DNA of 63,988 nucleotides, counting the filler. It is 9 parts of 9 records of this genome, joined end to end, with 100 filler letters (N's around TTAATTAATTAA, not from the genome) between each part and the next. Parts side by side here need not be neighbours in the genome. Positions count along the whole stretch, not along the records: positions 15,047 to 38,357 come from SRR20825010_2217; positions 38,458 to 41,917 come from SRR20825010_2218; positions 42,018 to 50,040 come from SRR20825010_2219; 6 more parts are not named here. The stretch is one strand, 5' to 3'. Below, piece after piece: positions 32,741 through 43,328 of the stretch; the first letter of the stretch is position 1; each line of letters starts with the position of its first letter. Below the pieces are notes generated by a model. That model did no database searches, was not told where the DNA came from, and worked only from the letters and a program-made list of their open reading frames with translations. Made by a program: the position numbers and the translations under genes.

Positions 32741-34573
32741 ATGTACCAAAACCATTTTAAAAACACCATCGGGATGTTACCAGATTTTAGACCTATTTTT
32801 CATGTACTTATCGTCGCTTCTCTTGGTTTTTGGTCATGCACTGAAACGCATGAAAAACCGAATATCATCCTCATTGTCACAGATGATCAGGGATACGGAG
32901 ATGTGGGTTTCCACGGCAATGAAATAGTCAAAACACCTCGTCTTGATAGGTTTGCCCAAACGGCTTTAGAACTCACCAACTTTCACACGGGTACCACCTG
33001 CGCTCCCACCCGCGCGGGTATAATGACAGGACGAAACGCCAATAGAAACGGCGCATGGCACACTATAGCTGGCGCAAGTATTCTCAATGATGACGAGCAA
33101 ACCATAGCTGAAGTATTTCGATCAGGTGGTTACAACACGGCCATGTTTGGAAAATGGCATCTTGGTGACTCGTATCCTTACAGACCGCAGGATCGCGGGT
33201 TTCAGGAAGCATTTTATTTAGGCGGTGGCGGGGTGCAGCAAACGCCCGACTATTGGAACAACGATTATTTCGATGATACCTATTTCAGAAATGGCGTTCC
33301 AGAAAAAACCAAAGGCTACTGCACAGATGTATGGTTCGATGAGGCCATCAAATACATCACCGGCAACAAGGAAAAGCCCTTTTTCATGTATCTGGCTACT
33401 AACGCAGCTCATGGCCCTTTTAATGTTCCCATGGAATACAGGGAAATGTATGAGGATGCTTCGCTGCTCGATCATCAAAAGAATTTTTACGGAATGCTCA
33501 CCAATCTGGATGACAACTTTGGAAGACTTGAAGACTACCTTAAAACGAATGGTCTTTTAGATAACACGATAATTATCTACACGACAGACAATGGAACCGC
33601 TGGTGGAGTGGCCTACAACAAACAGACGCAAGAAACTTTCGGCCACAACCCACTCCGTGGCACCAAGGGTAGTCATTATGAAGGAGGCCACAGGGTTCCA
33701 TTTCTAATCCACTGGCCTGAAGGAGGTCTTGTGGGAGGAAAAAAGAACAATGACCTGATCGCACATGTGGATTTACTACCTACATTAACAACCCTCGCAG
33801 GCATCCCGTTCGCCTCGGAAAAGCCCCTCGATGGTTCGGATGCCAGTGCGTCACTCATAGGAAAACAACCGTTAACCAACCGCGTGCTTGTGATCGATAC
33901 GCAGCGCGGACAATGGCCTGAGAAATACAAGAATCCAACGGTAATGGAAGGCGATTGGCGATTGGTCAATCACACCGAATTATATAACACCGCTGATGAT
34001 TTGAAACAAAAAAACAACATTGCCAATGACCATCCGGATCGTGTAAAAGGCATGCAGGATTTTTATGACGAATGGTGGGAATCTACAATTGCCGACTGGA
34101 AGCACTCTCCTACTTTCATTGGGACAAATGAGGAAAACCCTGTTTTGATCACCATTCATGACATGCATCCTTACGAAACAAATGGGGATATACCCTGGAA
34201 TCAGGATTTGATCCGAAAAGGTGAGATGGATACCAGGGGGTATTACGAAATCAAGGTGGCTGAGACAGGAAAATATAAATTCAGCATATCGCGTTGGCCA
34301 AATGAAAGTGGTTATAGCCTGACTGATTCGGTGGAAGAAATAAGTGCAACAGCGAACATTGAAGGACTGAGCGCAGGCAAATCTATCGCTTTGGATGCAG
34401 CATTTATTAAAATAGGTTCATCCATAGATTCGATAAAAACAGCTTCTGACCAGCTCTCAGCAAGAATAGTCATGCAACTCAACAAAGGAGAAACGAAAAT
34501 GGAGGCTTGGTTTCAGACCATTGACGGATCCTACTTTCCAGCCTATTACATCAAGGTAAATAAGATAAACTAA
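32741..34573 (+). CDS. Arylsulfatase (S1) lipoprotein with C-terminal extension
   Basis: PNIILIVTDDQGYGD, CAPTR, GKWHLG, TDNG. Confidence 0.92.
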   Translation: MYQNHFKNTIGMLPDFRPIFHVLIVASLGFWSCTETHEKPNIILIVTDDQGYGDVGFHGNEIVKTPRLDRFAQTALELTNFHTGTTCAPTRAGIMTGRNANRNGAWHTIAGASILNDDEQTIAEVFRSGGYNTAMFGKWHLGDSYPYRPQDRGFQEAFYLGGGGVQQTPDYWNNDYFDDTYFRNGVPEKTKGYCTDVWFDEAIKYITGNKEKPFFMYLATNAAHGPFNVPMEYREMYEDASLLDHQKNFYGMLTNLDDNFGRLEDYLKTNGLLDNTIIIYTTDNGTAGGVAYNKQTQETFGHNPLRGTKGSHYEGGHRVPFLIHWPEGGLVGGKKNNDLIAHVDLLPTLTTLAGIPFASEKPLDGSDASASLIGKQPLTNRVLVIDTQRGQWPEKYKNPTVMEGDWRLVNHTELYNTADDLKQKNNIANDHPDRVKGMQDFYDEWWESTIADWKHSPTFIGTNEENPVLITIHDMHPYETNGDIPWNQDLIRKGEMDTRGYYEIKVAETGKYKFSISRWPNESGYSLTDSVEEISATANIEGLSAGKSIALDAAFIKIGSSIDSIKTASDQLSARIVMQLNKGETKMEAWFQTIDGSYFPAYYIKVNKIN

Positions 34574-34574
34574 C

Positions 34575-36086
34575 ATGATGCAACAACTCAAAAAAACACT
34601 TCTCGGCCTTTGTGTTTTATGCTTTACTTTTAGCCTAATTGCTCAAAATCCAAATGTGATCGTTATACTGGCAGACGACATTGGGACAGGTGATATCTCC
34701 TATTATCAAAAGCTCCACGGTGGAAAAGTAGTGGTGGAAACACCCAATATTGACAAATTGGCCCAGTCAGGTGTTGTCTTCACCAATGCGCATTCGCCTG
34801 CTGCCCTTTGCGCTCCTTCCCGATATGCCGTCATGACGGGCAACTACAATTACCGCAGCTTTGCTCCCTGGGGAGTATGGGGGGCTTATGAAAAATCGCC
34901 GCTGGAAGACGATGGACTCACATTAGGCAAACTGATGAAAAATGCGGGTTATGCCACTTCCTTTTTCGGCAAGTGGCACATGGGTGGCGATTGGAACAGG
35001 CTAAGTGACTCGACCGAAATCTACCGTGGACCAAGATACAAACCAGAGTTGGACATTGACGTTACCCGGCGCATCGGTGGAGGCCCGCATCAAAACGGAT
35101 TTGACTACTCGTTTGTGTTGCCTTCTGGCGTACAGGACGTTCCTTACATGGTGCACGAAAACGACCGATGGTTGCCGCTTCAGCCAGATTCTGAAATTGG
35201 TTACATCTCACAGGAAAAGATGAGCGAAATTGGCGTGACACTCGATAAATCGGAAGGTCTTGGAGACCTCAACTGGGATCCGCATCTGATCGGCCCCATG
35301 CTCGCCAATAAAGCCGTGACATACATCGAAAAACAGGCAAAAGCTGACAAGCCGTTTTTCCTCTACTACTGCTCGCAGGCAGTACACCTGCCGCACACTC
35401 CCCCGGACAGCCTGAATGGCACCAAGATAGCCGGAAGCACCGGTGTGGCGCACATGGACATGATCGTAGAACTCGATCAACAGATAGCCATGATGGTAGC
35501 TATGCTCAAGAAAAAAGGGATTTACGAAAATACACTGATCATTTTCACTTCAGATAATGGCGGCTTAACCCGACCTGAAACATTGGCTACCGGGCATCAA
35601 CCAAGCAGCATATTCACCGGAGGAAAGAACAAAATAGAAGAAGGCGGGCACAGGGTTCCATTTATCGTATCCTGGCCAGCCAAAATCAAAACAAACCGAA
35701 CAAATCAACCAGCTATAGGACTGGATATACTTGCCACACTGGCAGCTTTGACAGAGCAACAAATACCAGAAGGACAGGCTGTGGATTCCTATGACCTGCT
35801 TCCGCTGATCTACAATAAAAAGAAGGCAAAAGGACATCCCGACATGATCATTCAAGGTGGTACCGGTCGGGAAGTAGCCATTTATGACGGCAGTTGGAAA
35901 CTGGTCATTCAATTTGATCCAAAAGACAAAACAGACCAAACGCGCACACCAAAAGCATTGTACAATCTGGATGTGAACATCAAAGAAACCCCGGAAAACA
36001 ACCTTATCGATCGCTTCCCGGAAAAAGCCCAGATCCTTTTTGACCGTTACAATGAATTGCGTGACCAGTCAACAACCAAAATGTAA
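34575..36086 (+). CDS. Sulfatase (S1)
   Basis: PNVIVILADDIG, CAPSR, GKWH, TSDNG, EGGHRVPF. Confidence 0.92.
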   Translation: MMQQLKKTLLGLCVLCFTFSLIAQNPNVIVILADDIGTGDISYYQKLHGGKVVVETPNIDKLAQSGVVFTNAHSPAALCAPSRYAVMTGNYNYRSFAPWGVWGAYEKSPLEDDGLTLGKLMKNAGYATSFFGKWHMGGDWNRLSDSTEIYRGPRYKPELDIDVTRRIGGGPHQNGFDYSFVLPSGVQDVPYMVHENDRWLPLQPDSEIGYISQEKMSEIGVTLDKSEGLGDLNWDPHLIGPMLANKAVTYIEKQAKADKPFFLYYCSQAVHLPHTPPDSLNGTKIAGSTGVAHMDMIVELDQQIAMMVAMLKKKGIYENTLIIFTSDNGGLTRPETLATGHQPSSIFTGGKNKIEEGGHRVPFIVSWPAKIKTNRTNQPAIGLDILATLAALTEQQIPEGQAVDSYDLLPLIYNKKKAKGHPDMIIQGGTGREVAIYDGSWKLVIQFDPKDKTDQTRTPKALYNLDVNIKETPENNLIDRFPEKAQILFDRYNELRDQSTTKM

Positions 36087-36128
36087 ACCTCATTCACTAC
36101 CCCTTTCAACCCTTTTCACAAAACTAGC

Positions 36129-38357
36129 ATGAACAAAATCAACCTCTATCTGTCCTTAATATGTGTGTTCCTCGTTATCGGTTGCAGCACACCTGGAAGC
36201 AACATCGCCGATCAAAACTTCAACAAGGACTGGCGTTTTATAAAAGCCGAATTGGATGCCAAAGAAACCTCCTACGACGATAGCCAATGGCAGCAGGTAA
36301 ACCTGCCACATGACTGGGCAATTTTTGGCCCATTCAGCACAGAACACAATGCACGAACGGGTGGTCTTCCCGTCACAGGGATGGGTTGGTACAGAAAACA
36401 TTTCACCGTTGATTCGGATATGAAAGGCAAGGTTGTTTCAGTCGAATTTGATGGAGCAATGAATGACGCTTATGTCTGGGTAAATGGAGAGTTGGTTGGC
36501 AATCGCCCTTTTGGTTACATCGGTTTTGAATTCGACATCACCAAACAAGTGAAGTTCGGTGAAGAAAACGTGATTGCTGTGCGGGTAAACCCTAAAGACC
36601 TCAGCAGCAGGTGGTATCCGGGTGCAGGACTCTACAGAAATGTGAGGATCAAATACAATGAACCCGTCCATATTGCTCAATGGGGTACTTACATCACTAC
36701 GCCTTCTATTTCAAAGGAAGAAGTGAAAGTCGACATCCAAACAACCATTAACAATGCTGGAAATAAGCAACAAACAATTACGTTGAAAACAGTCATTATT
36801 GACGATTCGGGAGCTGAAATAACAACTTCTTCACAAGATGTTACTTCATCAGCAGGTAAAAACATTGCTACCACAAACCTGACCATCACCAATCCGATCC
36901 TTTGGGACATTGAAAATCCCTTTCTCTATAAAATGGTGTCTCAAATCATCATTGGACAAACTGTAATAGATGAATACATATCAACCTTTGGAGTACGGAC
37001 GCTGGAAATCACAGCCAATGACGGATTGCTTTTGAATGGACGTAGAGTGAACCTCAACGGTGTATGCATGCACCACGACATGGGCCCTCTGGGATCAGCC
37101 GTGAACTACCGAGCCATAGAGCGACAAATGCAAATCATGCAAAGTATGGGGGTAAATGCCCTCAGAACAAGCCACAACCCTCCCGCTCCCGAGATGCTCG
37201 AAATTTGCGACAAACTGGGTATTCTTGTTATTGTGGAAGCATTTGATGAGTGGGCCATGGGTAAAGTGGTCAACGGTTACAACAACTTCTTTGCCGAATG
37301 GCATGAAAGAGACCTCAGAGACATGATCAAACGCGATAGAAATCACCCATCGGTGATCATGTGGAGCATTGGCAATGAAATATTGGAACAAAGCAAACCG
37401 GAAGGATGGGAATTGACCAAGGAACTTACGGATATCTGTCACGATGAAGATCCTACCAGAAAGGTCACCATCGGTTTCAACTACTACCCTGCTCCTTTCA
37501 AAAACAAATTGGCCTATCAGGTGGATGTCGTGGGCATGAACTACTGGCCGTTGGAATACGATGATATCAAAGAAGCAAACCCAGACATGATCGTTTACGG
37601 TTCGGAAACTTCATCGCAAACCAGCAGCCGTGGCATTTACCATTTGCCCATAGAAGCAAAAGAACAACACGAAACCGGTCATGCGTCGAGCTACGATGTG
37701 ATCGTTGGGCCGCCTTGGGCCTATGCCCCAGACATGGAGTTTGAACAGCAGGAAAAAAACACCTTTTCTTTAGGCGAATTTATCTGGACTGGCTTTGATT
37801 ATCTTGGAGAACCAACGCCTTACGGTGGCAGGGACAATTCCACGCACGGCCATTGGAACGACGACTGGCCTTCGCATTCCTCCTACTTTGCCCCGGTGGA
37901 TTTAGTTGGATTCCCTAAAGACAGGTTTTACCTCTATCAAAGCCAGTGGACATCCGAACCGATGGTGCATGTGCTGCCACATTGGAACTGGGAAGGAATG
38001 GAAGGCAAAAAGATTCCTGTCTATGCCTATACAAACGCAGAGGAAGTGGAGCTTTTTGTGAATGGAAAATCGAAAGGAAAAAAGATAAAAGGCAAAGACC
38101 TGACCACCATCCCAGCCGAATATCATAGCTATAAAGAAACCACGTTTAAAACCCCCTACCGACTGTCGTGGGAAGTGCCTTATGAGCCAGGAGAAATAAA
38201 GGTAGTGGCCTATACCAATGGTGAAGCTGTAGCCACCAAAACCATAAAAACAGCTGGAAAACCGGCTAGCATTGCGCTAGAGCCAGATCGTAGCAACATC
38301 AAAGCAGATGGACTAGACCTGAGTTACATCACGGTGAACATTGTAGATGCCAATGGC
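36129..38357 (+). CDS. Glycoside hydrolase family 2 (beta-galactosidase-like) lipoprotein (3'-truncated)
   Basis: LPHDWAI, RTSHNPP, NHPSVIMWSIGNE, GEFIWTGFDYLGEP. Confidence 0.93.
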
Positions 38358-38457
38358 NNNNNNNNNNNNNNNNNNNNNNNNNNNNNNNNNNNNNNNNNNN
38401 NTTAATTAATTAANNNNNNNNNNNNNNNNNNNNNNNNNNNNNNNNNNNNNNNNNNNN
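38358..38457. other. Artificial contig linker
   Basis: N44-TTAATTAATTAA-N44. Confidence 0.99.
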
Positions 38458-39669
38458 GCCTTTGGCCTGCCAGTGCAGGAGCAGAATGACTCTATCTATG
38501 CTTATACCTTCTATAGGTTGTTGCACAGTGCGGAGGAAGTTCACATGATTTATACTACGGCTTCGGATCAAGGAAAAGCAGGTGAAAAGAGCCGCTACAT
38601 GCAGCAAATGGGAGTGGAGCTTGGAAGAGAGATGGAGGAGGAGGTGGTATTTATACCAATCGATCAGAAATCTCCCGAATCCATTACCATTCAAAAGGAT
38701 GCAGAAGTTCTAGGCTTGTTGGATAAGTATCTGATCGATGAGCATGGTCAATCGAAGACTTCCTTTTCGCCTTCTGCCATAAGTGTATTCTTGGATTGTA
38801 GGTTGAAATTCTACCTTCAGTATCTCGCCAATATTCAGGAAAAGCAGGAAGTAAGTGAGGAAATCGATGCGGCTGTTTTTGGGAATTTGGCTCACCTGAG
38901 CATGGAGATTTTGTATCAGGATTTTGCGAAGCGTAAGAATAGAACTTTACTAGAAAAGTCAGATTTCGAGGAACTCAATAAAGCATGGGTATTTCCGGCT
39001 ATTGAAAAAGCCATTAGGGAATTTTATCATTTGGAAGGAGAAGCGGATACAAAGCTCAATGGGCAAATGGCTATCGCGCGCGATGTGCTTCAGAAATACT
39101 TGCGTCAGATTTTGAAAATCGATGAGGCTTCGGCTCCATTCAAGTTGATTTCTCTAGAGAAGGAGAGAAAATATACAGCAGGCTTGAAGATTGAAACCGC
39201 AGCTGGAGCTCAAACAGTGTCGCTAAAGGGAATTATTGACCGAGTGGATGAGCATAATGGCTCGGTGAGGCTGATCGATTACAAATCAGGTCAGGACAAT
39301 AAGACCTTTCCTGATGTGGAATCACTGTTTGATCGGGAGCATAAATCGAGGAATAAAGCCGCGATGCAAACCATGTTTTATGGGTTAATCTATCAGGCGA
39401 CTGTTCCTGAAAATACCCTGCCTTTAAAACCTACAATCTTTAACCTTCGGGAGATGTTTGGCGATGATTTCAATCCATACCTGCAAATCAAACTTCCCAG
39501 AGCAAAACAGGGTGTCGAAGTAAATGATTACAGGCAGTTTGAGGATGAATACAAGATTGGATTAAAATCACTTTTGGAGGATATCTACAATCCAGAAATT
39601 CCTTTCGACCAAACCGATGATTTGAAAAAATGTGGGTATTGTCCTTATAAGGAGATTTGTGGGAGGTAA
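38458..39669 (+). CDS. PD-(D/E)XK nuclease family protein, AddB-like C-terminus (5'-truncated)
   Basis: SPSAI...DCRLKFY, GIIDRVD...IDYKSG, C-terminal CGYCPYKEIC (Fe-S ligands). Confidence 0.85.
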   Translation, partial: AFGLPVQEQNDSIYAYTFYRLLHSAEEVHMIYTTASDQGKAGEKSRYMQQMGVELGREMEEEVVFIPIDQKSPESITIQKDAEVLGLLDKYLIDEHGQSKTSFSPSAISVFLDCRLKFYLQYLANIQEKQEVSEEIDAAVFGNLAHLSMEILYQDFAKRKNRTLLEKSDFEELNKAWVFPAIEKAIREFYHLEGEADTKLNGQMAIARDVLQKYLRQILKIDEASAPFKLISLEKERKYTAGLKIETAAGAQTVSLKGIIDRVDEHNGSVRLIDYKSGQDNKTFPDVESLFDREHKSRNKAAMQTMFYGLIYQATVPENTLPLKPTIFNLREMFGDDFNPYLQIKLPRAKQGVEVNDYRQFEDEYKIGLKSLLEDIYNPEIPFDQTDDLKKCGYCPYKEICGR

Positions 39670-39741
39670 ATAAATTTCAGGGTATACGTTCAGTAAGTGC
39701 TCATCAAATTTGTTTAATGGCTTAGTGCAGGAGAATAAGAG

Positions 39742-40368
39742 TTAAAAAATAAGGCCTGCACGGAATACAAAGCTTCGAAACAGGTAGTTGTTTTCTGTTA
39801 AAGAATTATATCCAGGTGGGAGTAAATCCGTGGCGATTGGTTGTGATCCTGAGCGCGATAAAACCCCATAAAATTGAGAGAATTGTTGTCGTTTATAAGC
39901 GAAACTTAAGGAAAGTGCGGTTTTACCTTCCCTGGCAGGAAAGCTAAAACCCACAGATGGACTGATCATCAATCCACCTTCATACCAACTTTTGCTCCAT
40001 TCGTTACTTACTTTTTTCTCCAGTATCGCTGAACCTCCTCCCAAATCCAGTCCTCCAAAAATCTTTGGTTTACCCTCTTTTCCCAGAAATCCCCTCCATC
40101 CCAAAGCAATAGGGATGATGGAAATCTCGTCGTATTGATCTAATCCTAGAGAAAAGCCTACAACTTGATTTTTGGTTATATGCGCTCCATTGAAAGTCAT
40201 GAAACTGATATCAATACGCCTTTCATGGTTTCCGTCCCATTGATCGGCACCGCGTCCGTACAAAAAGCCGATTTCGGTTTGGCCAAAATATAGTTTTTCC
40301 TGAGCCTTAGATGTGGCAGAGCAAAGCAAAAAGCCGAGTAGTAGGAGTTTAGTTTTTTGAGCTATCAT
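39742..40368 (-). CDS. Hypothetical outer-membrane beta-barrel protein
   Basis: Signal peptide, amphipathic beta-strand pattern, C-terminal ...FRAGLIF. Confidence 0.6.
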   Translation of the reverse strand: MIAQKTKLLLLGFLLCSATSKAQEKLYFGQTEIGFLYGRGADQWDGNHERRIDISFMTFNGAHITKNQVVGFSLGLDQYDEISIIPIALGWRGFLGKEGKPKIFGGLDLGGGSAILEKKVSNEWSKSWYEGGLMISPSVGFSFPAREGKTALSLSFAYKRQQFSQFYGVLSRSGSQPIATDLLPPGYNSLTENNYLFRSFVFRAGLIF

Positions 40369-40372
40369 CCTA

Positions 40373-41629
40373 TCAATAAAATTTCACTGGGTTTTTGACT
40401 TGAATACAGCTGAGTTTTTTCAGTTTGGCTGGGTTGCTATAATCAAATTGGCAAACCCCATCAGGGCCGATTACAATCAGAGATTTGGGGCCAGGGATTA
40501 GGTCAACGGACTTTTCACTGGTCAAAAACTCGAGTTGGTTTTGATCAATATTCATCACATCAGAGACGTTGAAACTTTTCAGTCCATGATTACCTTCAGT
40601 GATATAAAGGAAGTCTCCGGCTAAGCCCAAACCATGTGGATTCAACATAGGATATGATTTTTTGAGCTTAGGTTGGTAGAGGTCTTTGATGTCGATGACC
40701 TGAAGCTGATTAGCTCCATTCCAGCAAGAAGTGCCATTCCTTAGCGTCACAAAAGCATAGTCAGAATTTACCACCACTGGATCGCAAGCTTGTACATGTT
40801 CATACACGGCCATACGGGTAGGAGAACTCGGTGTACTGGCATCGTAAATATGCATTCCAACATTGGATCCTATAAAAAGCTTGTCCTCAAAAGGGAAAAT
40901 GGTTTCTATTCCCCAGCCTAAGTCAATGGGTTTTATGAAGGTAGGATCAGACGGATTTTCGACATCAAAAACTCGCATGGTAGACTCGTCCACAGCATAC
41001 AAATGGAGATTTGCAAGTGTGAATCTAGCCATGGATCCGCCTGTCCCGTAACTTTGGGCAGCAGCTGAATAATTGGAAGAAAAACTCATGCTTGAATTCA
41101 TAAGCCATCCGCCACCATCCTCAAATCCCCAAGTAGGATTTTCGGTTGTGATTACGGTGTCACGGAAGGTTATAATCTCTCCAGTGGCGTGGGTGTACAT
41201 ATGTGTGAAGACATCTTCCACTCGTTTGACTAGCTTAATGTCGTTGATATTACTAAGGTCAAATGCCAGTAGGTCGACGTAATTATCAGCGTAGAGAATT
41301 CTGCCATTTACCGCCATATCCACGTTTCCAGCTATGGGAATGAAACTTAAATTGATTGGTTTAGCAGGATTCTCATTGTTCAGGATATGTATCCCTTTGG
41401 TGGGTTCATTGATGAAAAGATAATCTTCATAAATGTAGATTTTACCAGGATTGTCCAAGGGTTGGGCAGGCTCAGTGGTGATAATTCTAGCCCTGACGTC
41501 ACTCATTTCCAAATAAATTGGCATCATGGTGTGATAAGTGTAGGAACTATTTACCTCATCTACACAGGAAGAAAATACTAAAACCGACAGCAAGAAAAGT
41601 AGGGAGGAGGCTGAGTAGAGGGGTTTCAT
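40373..41629 (-). CDS. LVIVD-repeat lipoprotein
   Basis: Lipobox FSSC, PGKIYIY, GTGGSMARF, IETIFP, CDPVV, LQVIDI. Confidence 0.8.
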   Translation of the reverse strand: MKPLYSASSLLFLLSVLVFSSCVDEVNSSYTYHTMMPIYLEMSDVRARIITTEPAQPLDNPGKIYIYEDYLFINEPTKGIHILNNENPAKPINLSFIPIAGNVDMAVNGRILYADNYVDLLAFDLSNINDIKLVKRVEDVFTHMYTHATGEIITFRDTVITTENPTWGFEDGGGWLMNSSMSFSSNYSAAAQSYGTGGSMARFTLANLHLYAVDESTMRVFDVENPSDPTFIKPIDLGWGIETIFPFEDKLFIGSNVGMHIYDASTPSSPTRMAVYEHVQACDPVVVNSDYAFVTLRNGTSCWNGANQLQVIDIKDLYQPKLKKSYPMLNPHGLGLAGDFLYITEGNHGLKSFNVSDVMNIDQNQLEFLTSEKSVDLIPGPKSLIVIGPDGVCQFDYSNPAKLKKLSCIQVKNPVKFY

Positions 41630-41852
41630 ATATTTCGAGTTTAAAGATATAAATGTATATATTCTTCAGACGAAGCCGAACTATGATACGCTACAGATTG
41701 AGTTATAAAAATTTAATTTGGTGAGTGGTTTATGTTAAAAACAGCTTCTGAGTAGTCTAGGGTTTACATGGAGTTCAATTTAATAAGTATGTTAAGGTCA
41801 GGAGAGAAGTCTGCTGCTAGGTGGGTTTGAAACCAGTTAGGGAGTGTAAAAA

Positions 41853-41917
41853 CTATGAAAATCTATGTGTCAATGTGGCGAAAAAAAAATGACCACATAG
41901 ACACATAGAAAAACATA
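41853..41917. repeat. REP-like inverted repeat at contig end
   Basis: CTATGTGTCAATGTGG (41863-41878) / CCACATAGACACATAG (41893-41908), 15/16 complementary, with extra CTATG/CATA units on each side. Confidence 0.65.
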
Positions 41918-42017
41918 NNNNNNNNNNNNNNNNNNNNNNNNNNNNNNNNNNNNNNNNNNNNTTAATTAATTAANNNNNNNNNNNNNNNNNNNNNNNNNNN
42001 NNNNNNNNNNNNNNNNN
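41918..42017. other. Artificial contig linker
   Basis: N44-TTAATTAATTAA-N44. Confidence 0.99.
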
Positions 42018-42018
42018 G

Positions 42019-43002
42019 CCGGCAGTACAACAGGCACGCGAAGCAGCGCGGCGCAGTCAGTGTAAAAACCATCTGAAGCAGCTGGGAGTCGCGCTGCATA
42101 ATTATCACGATACGCATTCCTGTTTTCCCGCCGGCTATTATTCGTATGGAACCAGTAACGGCTCGGGGCCGGCCTGGGCGGCTATTGACCCTGACACCTG
42201 GGATGCAGCGCCGGGCTGGACCTGGGGGACGATGATACTCCCCTTTATGGACCAGTCAGTACTCTATAACGCGCTGGATTTGAATCGGCCCTGCTGGGAT
42301 CCTGTCAATTTAAGTGCCGCCCAGACGAAGCTGCCTGTCTTTCTCTGCCCCACTTCGTCAGGGGGAGATGAACCGTTTCTCGTGCAGGACTCCAGTGGCA
42401 GCCCGCTGGTCAAAGGGGGCTCACAGCTGCTCTTTGGTCGCTCGCATTATGTGGCCAGCCATGGTCAGGAATCGTGCTGGGGGGAATGCGGTTCGAGCAC
42501 GACAGGAATTGTTTTTACGAACATCTACACCAAGACCACCAAAACGGTAACCATCAACGGCGATGCTTCCAAAGTGGCAGACGGGCCCTTCTTCCGGAAC
42601 TCACGAACGCGGATGCGAGACGTGACGGACGGAACTTCGAATACGATTTTCCTGGGCGAACATTCGTCGAAGCTGAGTGACAAAACGTGGGTGGGCGTGG
42701 TGCCGGGTGCGTTTACACACCCCCGGTTCACGACACCTGAGAACGGGCCTGACGCAGCAGCGACGCTGGCGTTAATCCATGCGGGTCCATCCGGCGGCGA
42801 ACTTGATATCACCGGCTTTCCCATTATCCATCCTGTCAATTTTCCCACTTATCATGTCGGCCAGATGTACTCCGAGCACACGGGGGGCGGGCATATCTGC
42901 ATGGGGGACGGTTCTGTTCGCTTCGTTTCTGAAAATATCGACCTGCTGCTATGGGCGGAACTCTCGAGTATCAACGAGGGTGAAGTGACGGGAGAGTTTT
43001 AA
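42019..43002 (+). CDS. DUF1559 (planctomycete prepilin-like, H-X9-DG) protein (5'-truncated)
   Basis: In-frame upstream PAVQQAREAARRSQCKNHLKQLGVALHNYHD; DVTDGTSNT; HTGGGHICMGDGSVRF. Confidence 0.92.
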   Translation, partial: PAVQQAREAARRSQCKNHLKQLGVALHNYHDTHSCFPAGYYSYGTSNGSGPAWAAIDPDTWDAAPGWTWGTMILPFMDQSVLYNALDLNRPCWDPVNLSAAQTKLPVFLCPTSSGGDEPFLVQDSSGSPLVKGGSQLLFGRSHYVASHGQESCWGECGSSTTGIVFTNIYTKTTKTVTINGDASKVADGPFFRNSRTRMRDVTDGTSNTIFLGEHSSKLSDKTWVGVVPGAFTHPRFTTPENGPDAAATLALIHAGPSGGELDITGFPIIHPVNFPTYHVGQMYSEHTGGGHICMGDGSVRFVSENIDLLLWAELSSINEGEVTGEF

Positions 43003-43316
43003 TGCGAAATCGAATTGTCCTGTTTTTGATGGTGTTCTCTCTGCTCACTCTGCTGCCGTTGAGCGGCTGTGGCTATCCGGCTGTTTCGCCGAAGACGTAT
43101 GAAATTTCCAAAGCGCTGTACTCGGTCTGTAATCAGAAGAGTACGGAGCGTCTGGAAATTGTGCAGACTTTGATTCAAAGTTCCCTCAAAGAAAAAGAAA
43201 TCAATGAGAGGGAAGCAGGCTGGTTGAATGCGATTGTGGCATCAGCGAATGCAGGAAACTGGGAAACCGCGACGCAGGAAGCACGCCGCCTGATGGAAGA
43301 TCAGACAGGTCGCTGA
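43002..43316 (+). CDS. Small lipoprotein coupled to the DUF1559 gene
   Basis: Lipobox LSGC; TAATG stop/start overlap. Confidence 0.75.
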   Translation: MRNRIVLFLMVFSLLTLLPLSGCGYPAVSPKTYEISKALYSVCNQKSTERLEIVQTLIQSSLKEKEINEREAGWLNAIVASANAGNWETATQEARRLMEDQTGR

Positions 43317-43328
43317 TGCCCTTCGCAT

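Noticed and set aside
38458..39669. Cas4-like nuclease implying CRISPR or a defence system
   Set aside because: Long N-terminal extension and motifs fit housekeeping AddB-like repair nucleases; no cas genes or array nearby
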